Source of the DNA: an uncultured Methylomarinum sp.
GTDB lineage: Bacteria; Pseudomonadota; Gammaproteobacteria; Methylococcales; Methylomonadaceae
Assembly (NCBI GenBank): GCA_964385115.1
Contig: CAYLNS010000001.1
Location: forward strand, 1-48,734
DNA length: 48,734 nucleotides
Direction: 5' to 3'
Below the pieces are notes generated by a model, which saw only the letters and a program-made list of their open reading frames with translations, was not told the origin of the DNA and made no database searches. Below are positions 40,623-48,734 of the stretch, in pieces (position 1 is the first letter of the stretch; each line of letters begins with the position of its first letter). The translations under genes were made by a program, and so were the position numbers.

Positions 40623-41276
40623 TTAACGCAGGCTGATGATTTCCCAGTGGGATTTTTCGGCAACAGCTTTTAGTTTTTCATCCGGGTCAACGGCAATGGC
40701 ATGGTCAACCTGGTTTAACAGGGGTAAATCATTATGCGAATCGCTGTAAAAATAGCTGCCGGACATGTTTTGTTGATGATCTGCCAGCCATTCATTCAAT
40801 AAGGTAACTTTGCCTTCCTGAAAGCACGGTGTCCCGATAAATTTGCCGGTATAGCGGCCGTCTTTGAATTCAGGCGTGGTGGCTATCAGGTTTGCAATAC
40901 CGTATAAACGGACAATAGGTTCGGTGACAAAACGGTTGGTGGCCGTAATCACAAGCAAGGTATCTCCTTGTTGGCGATGTTTGTCGACCAAGGCGGCGGC
41001 TTTCTCCAGCAAAATGGGTTTAATCAGCGACTCAACAAACTGCTCACGCCATTTAAAAAGCTGTTCAGTATCATGCCGGGCCAAGGGTGCCAGCGAAAAT
41101 TCAAGAAACTTGACAATATCCAGTTTTCCTTGTTTATAGTCTTCATAAAAACGGGCGTTAGCCTGTTCGTAATGCTCCTTGTCAACGATACCCTGGTCAA
41201 CCAGAAACTGACCCCATAAAAAATCGCTGTCACCGGCGATTAGAGTATTGTCCAAATCAAAAATTGCTAAACTCAC
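40623..41276 (-). CDS. HAD-IB family hydrolase (SerB-like; possibly histidinol phosphatase)
   Basis: AIFDLDNTLIAGDSD, ITATN, FYSDSHNDLPLL. Confidence 0.9.
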   Translation of the reverse strand: MSLAIFDLDNTLIAGDSDFLWGQFLVDQGIVDKEHYEQANARFYEDYKQGKLDIVKFLEFSLAPLARHDTEQLFKWREQFVESLIKPILLEKAAALVDKHRQQGDTLLVITATNRFVTEPIVRLYGIANLIATTPEFKDGRYTGKFIGTPCFQEGKVTLLNEWLADHQQNMSGSYFYSDSHNDLPLLNQVDHAIAVDPDEKLKAVAEKSHWEIISLR

Positions 41277-41449
41277 TGTTATAAACCTTTAGTCCTGAAT
41301 GTTGGCTGTCTTGAAAAAGTGCATGATGTGATGGCGCAATGCGTCTATTTATGGAACAATGATGCCAATATTTAATCACTGTACTGTCAGGCTATTTTAG
41401 CATTCCGCATTAAGATGTGACAGGCAGTTTAAGAACAGGTTTTTATAAC

Positions 41450-41974
41450 ATGATTGACTCAAAAGGGTATCGGCCCAATGTCGGTATTATCCTTTGTAAT
41501 GATGAGGGTCGTGTTTTCTGGGCAAAACGTAAGGGGGCCAGCTCGTGGCAATTTCCCCAGGGCGGTATAGATTGTAATGAAGATCCGGAAACCGCGATGT
41601 ATCGAGAGCTTTATGAAGAAACGGGGCTCAGGCAGGAGGATGTGCAATTAATTGGGCGAACACGCTACTGGCTGCGATACAAACTGCCGGAACGATATAT
41701 TCGCAAACATTCAATGCCGCTTTGTATCGGCCAGAAGCAGATTTGGTTTATTTTAAAGATGCTGACAGATGGCTCTTCGGTGCGCTTTGATTGTGGTCAC
41801 AAACAGGAGTTTGATGGCTGGAAGTGGGTGGAATACTGGGAGCCATTAAATGATGTGGTTTATTTTAAACGCAAAGTTTATAAAAAGGCGATGGTGGAAC
41901 TCAGCGCCTTTTTACTGGCGGAAGGTATCCCCATCAATCCGGAAGGGTATCAGGATATACGGGCTAATCAATAA
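41450..41974 (+). CDS. rppH: RNA pyrophosphohydrolase RppH (NudH)
   Basis: MIDSKGYRPNVGIIL, WQFPQGG, Nudix box RELYEETGL, CIGQKQIWF. Confidence 0.96.
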   Translation: MIDSKGYRPNVGIILCNDEGRVFWAKRKGASSWQFPQGGIDCNEDPETAMYRELYEETGLRQEDVQLIGRTRYWLRYKLPERYIRKHSMPLCIGQKQIWFILKMLTDGSSVRFDCGHKQEFDGWKWVEYWEPLNDVVYFKRKVYKKAMVELSAFLLAEGIPINPEGYQDIRANQ

Positions 41975-42753
41975 CCCTGTAAAGCAGGGTTCAGGCCCGG
42001 TGCTATTTCATCCAGCCAGTAAACTTGTGTTGAGAAACTTCCATCGTTTTCAAGATTGAGCACTCTGTATCCGGGCGGTTTGTTATCGATGGCAAATTGG
42101 CTGCTTTCCCGTTTGAACTGAAAACAACTGGCCGGGGTGCCCAGGATTGGGATATTGTGGTATTTACGCTTCATTTCCTGATGGATGTGGCCTGTAGACA
42201 CAAGTTTAACCTGGGAATGTTGCCGAATAATGTGTAAAAATTCCTCGCTGTTTTTAATCATCATGGTATCCAGCCAGCTACATTCTGTGGGCAGGCAGTT
42301 GTGATGAACGGCTATCAGCGTGGGGGTGGTGCTGTGTTTTTCCAGTTGCCGGGTGAGAAACTCCAGTTCTGCCGGGCTTAGCGCCCCATCAGCACTTCCT
42401 GGAATCTGGCTGTTTAAGCAGATGATTTGCCAGTTTTCAATTTTGTGGGCCTTGGCACTTGAGATGTTGCCGTTATTCATGACTTTGTCCATAACCTCGG
42501 TATCGTCATGATTACCGGGAAGACAAAGACAGGCTGTATTATAAGCCTTTAGCCGGTTGATAATCCGCTGGTAGCTTTTTGGGGTGGGTGTTTGAGCCAG
42601 GTCACCCGTCAGCAAAATCAAATCAAAATGCTGGTGTTGCCTAAAAGCCTGATTCAGCACAGCTGCGAAAGACTCATCCGTGTTGACGCCCATCAGTGTT
42701 TCATCGGCTTCGGGCAGAATATGCATATCAGTTATTTGCAATATCTTTAACAC
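41968..42753 (-). CDS. cpdA: 3',5'-cyclic-AMP phosphodiesterase CpdA
   Basis: QITDMH, LTGDL, PGNHD, HH, GHIH, TPASCFQF, PGYR. Confidence 0.9.
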   Translation of the reverse strand: MLKILQITDMHILPEADETLMGVNTDESFAAVLNQAFRQHQHFDLILLTGDLAQTPTPKSYQRIINRLKAYNTACLCLPGNHDDTEVMDKVMNNGNISSAKAHKIENWQIICLNSQIPGSADGALSPAELEFLTRQLEKHSTTPTLIAVHHNCLPTECSWLDTMMIKNSEEFLHIIRQHSQVKLVSTGHIHQEMKRKYHNIPILGTPASCFQFKRESSQFAIDNKPPGYRVLNLENDGSFSTQVYWLDEIAPGLNPALQGY

Positions 42754-44084
42754 GTGGAAAGGTCCTTACACAGTACTTTGGAGTTTCTTTGGTAATTATA
42801 GAAACTTTTCATCTGTTCGGGCAGCATTTCGACGCGGGTTGTTTTAAAACCGCGTTCTATAAACCAATGCATGGTCTGAGAAGACAGGGCGAAAATCTTT
42901 TTAATGCCTTGGTTTTTAGCCTTGCCGACCAGAAAGTTCAATAATTGATTGCCCCGGGAAGAGTGTTGATAGTCCGGGTGAACGGCAAGGCAGGCAATTT
43001 CTGCATGTTCCGGGTCAATGCAATGCAGAGCGGTGCAGCCAATAATCAGGCCGTCACGTTCAATAACAATATAATCATCAATTTCCATTTCCAGCTTTTC
43101 CCGTGAACGTTTAACCAGTATGCCCTGTTGTTCCAGTGGGGTAATCAGTTCCAGAATGCCGCCAATATCATCGAGTGTGGCCTGACGAATTTCCTCAAAG
43201 GGCGTGGCGCTGATTAATGTGCCGATACCATCCCGGCTGAATAATTCCAGTAATAATGCACCATCGGTATGCCGGTTGATGAGATGTACCCGTTTGACAC
43301 CTTGCTGACAGCTTTTTAATGCAGCAGTAAGCGATTTAGCAATGGCCTCAGTCAGGTTTTTCTGCTGATTAAGTAGAGATTCCACCTCGGTGGTTGTCAT
43401 TTGCTGGATGGGTTGCTGTGTTTTTGGGGCAAGGCAATCCTCTTCAGTAAGCAGGATAAGCTTTTCCGCCTCTAAAGCAATCGCTATTTCGGTTGCAACT
43501 TGTTCCGCGCCCAGATTAAACACTTCACCGGTCGGGGAAAAACCGATAGGCGAGACCAGGACAATATTGTTTTCATCCAGCTGTTGATGAATGCTCTGTC
43601 TGTCAATGCGCCTGACGGTGCCGGTATATCCGTAATCAATACCGTCAATAATTCCTAAAGGCCGGGCAGTGACAAAGTTGCCGGATGCCACTTTGATACG
43701 CGCACCCGCCATCGGTGAATTAGCCAACCCCATCGACAACAGAGCTTCGATTTCAATACGCACGCAACCGGCGGCTTCTTTAACATATTGCAGCGTTTGT
43801 TCATCGGTAATGCGCAGATTGTTATAGTAAGCCGGTGTGATATTTTGCTGTTTAAGACGTTGTTCGATTTGCGGGCGAATGCCATGAACCAGCACCAACC
43901 GGATGCCTAAGCTTTTTAACAGAGCAAAATCGTGAATGAGGTGATCAAATTGACTGTCTACCGCTTCACCGCTGAAGAAAATAACAAACGTGCGATTGCG
44001 GTGGGCATGGATATAGGGAGTGGAGTTTCTGAACCAGCTGACAAAGTCCGTCTGACAGGTGTTTGTTTGAGAAGGGGTGATCAT
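42747..44084 (-). CDS. argA: amino-acid N-acetyltransferase (N-acetylglutamate synthase)
   Basis: WFRNSTPYIHAHR, LVHGIRPQI, GALLLELFSRDGIGT, GNAT domain, YNYQRNSK. Confidence 0.97.
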   Translation of the reverse strand: MITPSQTNTCQTDFVSWFRNSTPYIHAHRNRTFVIFFSGEAVDSQFDHLIHDFALLKSLGIRLVLVHGIRPQIEQRLKQQNITPAYYNNLRITDEQTLQYVKEAAGCVRIEIEALLSMGLANSPMAGARIKVASGNFVTARPLGIIDGIDYGYTGTVRRIDRQSIHQQLDENNIVLVSPIGFSPTGEVFNLGAEQVATEIAIALEAEKLILLTEEDCLAPKTQQPIQQMTTTEVESLLNQQKNLTEAIAKSLTAALKSCQQGVKRVHLINRHTDGALLLELFSRDGIGTLISATPFEEIRQATLDDIGGILELITPLEQQGILVKRSREKLEMEIDDYIVIERDGLIIGCTALHCIDPEHAEIACLAVHPDYQHSSRGNQLLNFLVGKAKNQGIKKIFALSSQTMHWFIERGFKTTRVEMLPEQMKSFYNYQRNSKVLCKDLSTC

Positions 44085-44123
44085 CAGTGGATGAGACCGC
44101 CCGCAAAGGGCGGTATGCCATGA

Positions 44124-45821
44124 TTAGTCGAGATTATCAGTCACTGCGCCTTTGGATGCCGAACTGACCAGTTTGGCGTATTTGGCTAACACCCCGCGGG
44201 TATAGCGAGGAGCCGGTTGCTGCCATTTTTCCATGCGGCGAGCCATTTCATGTTCATTGATATGCAGGTTCAGGACTTTGTTTTCCGCATCTATAGTGAT
44301 TTTATCGCCATTTTTAACAATAGCCAGAGGACCACCGAGCTGCGCTTCAGGTGTGATATGTCCGACCACAAAACCATGGGTACCACCGGAAAAGCGGCCA
44401 TCGGTAATCAGTGCCACATCTTTACCCAGGCCTTTACCCATAATGGCTGAAGTGGGTGACAGCATTTCCCGCATACCCGGGCCGCCTTTGGGTCCTTCGT
44501 AACGAATAACAATAACATCACCTTTGACAATGTCGCCATTCAGAATGCTTTGCAAGGCTTCTTCCTCGGCATCAAACACTTTAGCTGTGCCGGTGAATAC
44601 CAGGCCTTCCTTACCGGTTATTTTGGCAACAGAGCCTTCGGTGGCGAGGTTGCCATATAAGATAGCCAGATGGCTGTCTTTTTTAATGGGGTTCTGTAAA
44701 GAATGGATAATATCCTGATGATCGGGATAAGGTTTAACTTCAGCCAGATTTTCAGCCAGTGTCTTTCCTGTTACAGTCAGACAATCACCATGCAACAGTC
44801 CAGCGTCCAGTAACACTTTCATTAAAGGTTGGATGCCGCCTATTTCAATCAATTCTTCCATCAGATAGCGGCCGCTGGGTTTTAAATCCGCCAGCATCGG
44901 CACATTTTTGCCGATACGGGTGAAATCATCCAGGCTCAGATCGACAAAGCTGGCATTGGCCATGGCCAGTAAATGCAGCACGGCGTTGGTCGAGCCGCCC
45001 AGTGCAATCACCACGGTGATTGCATTTTCAAAGGCTTCTTTGGTCATGATGTCGCGGGGTTTGATGTCATTTTTCAATAACTCCAAAACCGCAGCACCGG
45101 CGCGTTCACAATCCAGACGTTTGTCTTCGGAAACAGCAGCCTGAGCAGAGCTGTTGGGCAGGCTCATGCCTAATGCTTCAATGGCGGAAGCCATGGTGTT
45201 GGCTGTGTACATGCCGCCACAGGAACCCGCACCGGGAATCGCTTTTTCTTCAATGGCTTTTAATTCGGCATCATCAATTTTATTATTGGCGCGGGCGCCG
45301 ACTGCTTCAAATACAGAAACAACATCTAACTTTTTATTGTTATGGCAGCCGGCCAGAATAGTGCCGCCATAGACAAAAATTGCAGGCCGGTTCAGGCGGG
45401 ACAAGGCAATCATGCAGCCGGGCATGTTTTTATCACAGCCGCCTATGGCAACAACCCCGTCAAAGCCCTGGCAGCCAGTGACTGTTTCAATTGAGTCGGC
45501 AATCACTTCGCGGGAGACCAATGAGTATTTCATACCCTCGGTACCCATAGAGATACCGTCAGAAATAGTGATGGTATTAAAGGTAACTGCTTTGCCGCCG
45601 GCATTGTTGATTCCGGTTTCGGCGTGCTTGGCAAGGTCGTTAATATGCATGTTGCAAGGAGTAACCATGCTCCAGGTTGACGCCACCCCAATCTGGGGTT
45701 TTTGGAAATCTTCATTCTTAAAGCCAACAGCATGAAGCATTGCCCGGCTGGGCGCTCTTTCCATGCCATCGACAACCTGTGATGAAAAGGGGCGGGTTTT
45801 ATTATCACCTGAATTTGCCAT
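44124..45821 (-). CDS. ilvD: dihydroxy-acid dehydratase
   Basis: [50 protein letters not shown]. Confidence 0.98.
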   Translation of the reverse strand: MANSGDNKTRPFSSQVVDGMERAPSRAMLHAVGFKNEDFQKPQIGVASTWSMVTPCNMHINDLAKHAETGINNAGGKAVTFNTITISDGISMGTEGMKYSLVSREVIADSIETVTGCQGFDGVVAIGGCDKNMPGCMIALSRLNRPAIFVYGGTILAGCHNNKKLDVVSVFEAVGARANNKIDDAELKAIEEKAIPGAGSCGGMYTANTMASAIEALGMSLPNSSAQAAVSEDKRLDCERAGAAVLELLKNDIKPRDIMTKEAFENAITVVIALGGSTNAVLHLLAMANASFVDLSLDDFTRIGKNVPMLADLKPSGRYLMEELIEIGGIQPLMKVLLDAGLLHGDCLTVTGKTLAENLAEVKPYPDHQDIIHSLQNPIKKDSHLAILYGNLATEGSVAKITGKEGLVFTGTAKVFDAEEEALQSILNGDIVKGDVIVIRYEGPKGGPGMREMLSPTSAIMGKGLGKDVALITDGRFSGGTHGFVVGHITPEAQLGGPLAIVKNGDKITIDAENKVLNLHINEHEMARRMEKWQQPAPRYTRGVLAKYAKLVSSASKGAVTDNLD

Positions 45822-45894
45822 GTATATACTACCTGTGTGTTTTATATGCAGAAAATAATGTTAGTTACTTGTCCGGCGGTTCTAAGGAGTCGTG

Positions 45895-46578
45895 TTAAAA
45901 AGTATCCCAATTGCTGGTTTTGCGACGCCAGCTGAGTTTGGGCAAAATAAAGCCCAGAATGACGCCGAATAATGACAGGATGCCGCCATATAAAAACCAG
46001 TCTTGATTAGCGCTGTCTTCAAGTGCCTGATTTTCACGTTTGACCTGTTGTAACTCGCGTTCTACAGAAATGACACGTTCCTGCAGCTGATCGCGCTGAT
46101 GTTTAAGTTGTACGGCGTTGGCGGCCGTTTGTCTGAGCTCGTTCAGTTCGCGGCTAAGCTGATCTCTTTCCGCGGTCAGTGTTTGCATGGTGTTTTGAGC
46201 GCCAGAATGATCGCTTTTTAAGACTTGCAATTCCTGTTTGATTTGCTCGTTTTCCTGTTTCAGGGCTTCCAGTTGTTTATTGGCTTTGTTGAGATACCAA
46301 CGACTGATAGGTTTATCCTGAATATGGCGACTCAGAATGTACCCCACTGTACCACTGGCGGTTTTGACTTTGGTATAACCGGAGCCTTTGTTTTCGTTAA
46401 TAACCGTCAGCGGGGTGCCGCTGGGGACCATTTTTAGAATTTTGCTGCGATTGTTTTCAGAACTTCTAATAGTAAATTTAATATGGTCGGTTACATAAAC
46501 CGTTTTAGCCAGCAACGGGCTGCTGAAAAGGCTCAGGAAGGCCAGAGAAATCAGTGTTTTTTTCACAAGTGTGCTCAT
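45895..46578 (-). CDS. SH3-domain membrane-anchored protein (YgiM/HtrG-like)
   Basis: Signal peptide, YVTD...SGTPLTV SH3b domain, coiled coil, C-terminal TM WFLYGG...ILP. Confidence 0.88.
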   Translation of the reverse strand: MSTLVKKTLISLAFLSLFSSPLLAKTVYVTDHIKFTIRSSENNRSKILKMVPSGTPLTVINENKGSGYTKVKTASGTVGYILSRHIQDKPISRWYLNKANKQLEALKQENEQIKQELQVLKSDHSGAQNTMQTLTAERDQLSRELNELRQTAANAVQLKHQRDQLQERVISVERELQQVKRENQALEDSANQDWFLYGGILSLFGVILGFILPKLSWRRKTSNWDTF

Positions 46579-46610
46579 TTAAGTCAAATTACCTGTCGAT
46601 TCTATCGAAA

Positions 46611-47510
46611 TTACCGCTTGATGAGAAATTCCAGTAACGCTTTTTGGGCGTGCAGACGATTTTCTGCTTCCTGAAAAACCACGCTTTGAGGACCATCGAT
46701 GACCTCGGCAGCAACTTCTTCCCCCCGGTGCGCCGGAAGGCAGTGCATGAATATAGCGTCTTCAGCGGCGGCTTGCAGGGTCTTTTCAGTGACCTGAAAA
46801 TGTTTGAATGCCTGCTCTCTTTTTTGCTGCTCCTGCTCCTGTCCCATGCTGGCCCAGACATCGGTTACAATCAAATCAGCATTCATTGCTGCCTGTTCCG
46901 GGCTGTTGAAAAACCGGATTTTGTCAGCAGCATTACTGATAATACTGTCCAGCGGGCGATAATCATCAGGGCAGGCGATATGCAGATTAAAATCCAGCAT
47001 CTTGGCAGCATTGATGTAAGAGTGACACATATTGTTACCATCACCAATCCAGGCTACGGTTTTACCTTTAATGTCGCCGCGAAGTTCAAAATAAGTCTGC
47101 ATATCAGCCAGTAGCTGACAGGGGTGTAATAAGTCTGTCAGGCCATTGATAACCGGAACGCTGGAATGTTTTGCAAAAGTGGTTACGGTGTCGTGGCTGT
47201 GAGTGCGGAGCATGATGCAGTCAACCATGCTGGAAATTACTCTGGCGCTGTCTTCCAGTGGTTCGCCCCGGCCGAGTTGGGTATCCCTTGGAGACAGGAA
47301 AATAGCGCTGCCACCGAAATGAGTCATGCCTGCTTCAAACGAAATGCGGGTACGGGTGGATGATTTTTCAAAAATCATGGCTAGTACCTGGCCTTTCAAT
47401 GGCTGATAGTCGGGGTCGCGGTTGTTTTTTAATTCAATCGCCCGATGAATCAGTGTGCGTAATTGCTCTGATGTTAAATCAAGCAGACTGATAAAGTGTC
47501 TGGTTTCCAT
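46611..47510 (-). CDS. argF: ornithine carbamoyltransferase
   Basis: [28 protein letters not shown]. Confidence 0.98.
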   Translation of the reverse strand: METRHFISLLDLTSEQLRTLIHRAIELKNNRDPDYQPLKGQVLAMIFEKSSTRTRISFEAGMTHFGGSAIFLSPRDTQLGRGEPLEDSARVISSMVDCIMLRTHSHDTVTTFAKHSSVPVINGLTDLLHPCQLLADMQTYFELRGDIKGKTVAWIGDGNNMCHSYINAAKMLDFNLHIACPDDYRPLDSIISNAADKIRFFNSPEQAAMNADLIVTDVWASMGQEQEQQKREQAFKHFQVTEKTLQAAAEDAIFMHCLPAHRGEEVAAEVIDGPQSVVFQEAENRLHAQKALLEFLIKR

Positions 47511-47516
47511 AATGTA

Positions 47517-48692
47517 TTATTGCTTAAAGGATTCGTTAATAAGTGACGCTAAAGTGTCAGTCAAAATTTCGATATGTTCAGGTACAATCACCAACGGTGG
47601 AAGCAGGCGGATGGTGTTGTCGGCGGTGACGTTAATCAGCAGGTTTTTCTGTAATGCCTGGGCGACCAGATGACTGCAGTTTTCTGTTAACTCAATGCCA
47701 ATCATTAATCCCAGGTGGCGAATATCATGTACAACAGTGCTGTTTTTGGTTTTTTGTTGGATTTGCTCACAAATCAGCTGGCCTTTTTGCCCGGCTTCAT
47801 CAATGAGTTCTGTTTGTTCCAGTATCTGAATGACTGCCAGAGCAGCACTGCAAGCCAATGGGTTGCCGCCAAATGTTGAACCGTGTTTGCCGGCGCTGAG
47901 GATTTGTGCTGCCGTTCCCCGAGCCATGCAGGCGCCGATGGGTACGCCATTTCCCAGACCTTTGGCTAATGTGCAGACATCGGGAATAATGTCGTTATGC
48001 TGATAGGCCAGGAACTGTCCGGTACGTCCCATGCCTGTCTGCACTTCATCCAGCATCATCAGGCATTGAGTTCGGTCGCATAATTGACGGACTTTGTTCA
48101 GGTAATCGCTGGCAGGAATGTTGACTCCGCCTTCACCCTGTACCGGTTCAACCAGAATGGCAACAACATTGGGATTGTCTGTAATGGCATGTTCAAGCGC
48201 TGCGATATCATTAAAAGGAACATGGATAAAACCGGCTAGTAAGGGCTCAAAACCCTGTTGTATTTTGCTGTTTACCGTTGCGCTTAAGGCGCCTAATGTG
48301 CGGCCATGAAAGCTTTTTTCCATGGTGATAACGACAGGGTTGTCAATGCCTCGGCTGTGGCCCCATAAACGTGCAATTTTTAAAGCAGCTTCGTTGGCTT
48401 CGGTGCCGGAATTGCAGAAAAAAACATTATCCATACCACTGATGCGGGTTAGTGCATCAGCCAGTTTTTCCTGTTGAGCAATGCCATACAGATTAGAGGT
48501 ATGAATCAGTTTTTTGCTTTGTTCGCACAGCGCTTGATGAACCGCAGGGTGGGCATGTCCCAAATTGCAGACAGCAATCCCTGACAAAGCATCCAGATAA
48601 CGCTCACCTTCTGTATCCCATAGCCAGACACCGTCACCTTTTTCAAAAGTGACCGGTAAACGTCCATAGGTTGGCATGATATGACCAGTCAT
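47517..48692 (-). CDS. argD: acetylornithine aminotransferase
   Basis: FFCNSGTEANEAALK, SFHGRT, EPVQGEGG, DEVQTGMGRTG, TLAKGLG, HGSTFGGNPL; upstream of argF. Confidence 0.95.
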   Translation of the reverse strand: MTGHIMPTYGRLPVTFEKGDGVWLWDTEGERYLDALSGIAVCNLGHAHPAVHQALCEQSKKLIHTSNLYGIAQQEKLADALTRISGMDNVFFCNSGTEANEAALKIARLWGHSRGIDNPVVITMEKSFHGRTLGALSATVNSKIQQGFEPLLAGFIHVPFNDIAALEHAITDNPNVVAILVEPVQGEGGVNIPASDYLNKVRQLCDRTQCLMMLDEVQTGMGRTGQFLAYQHNDIIPDVCTLAKGLGNGVPIGACMARGTAAQILSAGKHGSTFGGNPLACSAALAVIQILEQTELIDEAGQKGQLICEQIQQKTKNSTVVHDIRHLGLMIGIELTENCSHLVAQALQKNLLINVTADNTIRLLPPLVIVPEHIEILTDTLASLINESFKQ

Positions 48693-48734
48693 GATTTTAT
48701 CGGGTCGTAGAAAAACCCTCTATTATATTTTTTA

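Noticed and set aside
148-48309. The many short ORFs in the track that overlap or lie antisense to named genes (e.g. 20261-20803 -, 26766-27212 -, 35722-36153 -, 46644-47114 +)
   Set aside because: Shadow frames of well-conserved genes; no recognisable motifs

Overview
A 48.7-kb core-genome window of a gammaproteobacterium (AT-rich intergenic DNA; gene order and repeat types suggest Methylococcales, which is inference only). Contents from start to end: tRNA-Arg(CCT); a polar-flagellum region (flgN-flgM-flgA / cheV-cheR / flgBCDEFGHIJKL / ycgR) with readable sigma28 and sigma54 promoters; an SMR exporter-tusB/dsrH-tusE/dsrC-rimO operon; a cold-shock gene; secA; a REP cluster; glgP; trmL; an orphan MCP; epmB-efp-epmA; bamA-skp-fabZ-lpxA-rnhB-dnaE (no lpxD, no lpxB); tRNA-Leu(CAG) and tRNA-Ser(TGA); a LysR-soxC/sorA-cytochrome c-double-receiver operon; a MITE-like inverted repeat; a HAD hydrolase; rppH; and argD-argF-SH3-ilvD-argA-cpdA on the minus strand. 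I see no integrase, transposase, phage gene, CRISPR array or defence system. The best leads are non-coding or small-scale: (1) a candidate ~60-nt sRNA transcribed divergently from the LysR gene; (2) rnhB apparently needing an ATA start that overlaps the lpxA stop; (3) a sigma54-like promoter bracketed by a perfect 16-bp inverted pair of IHF-consensus sites upstream of secA, with a third copy 6 kb away; (4) a two-cysteine DsrC-type sulfur carrier in an operon with RimO and an SMR exporter. None of these is confirmed as novel without database searches.
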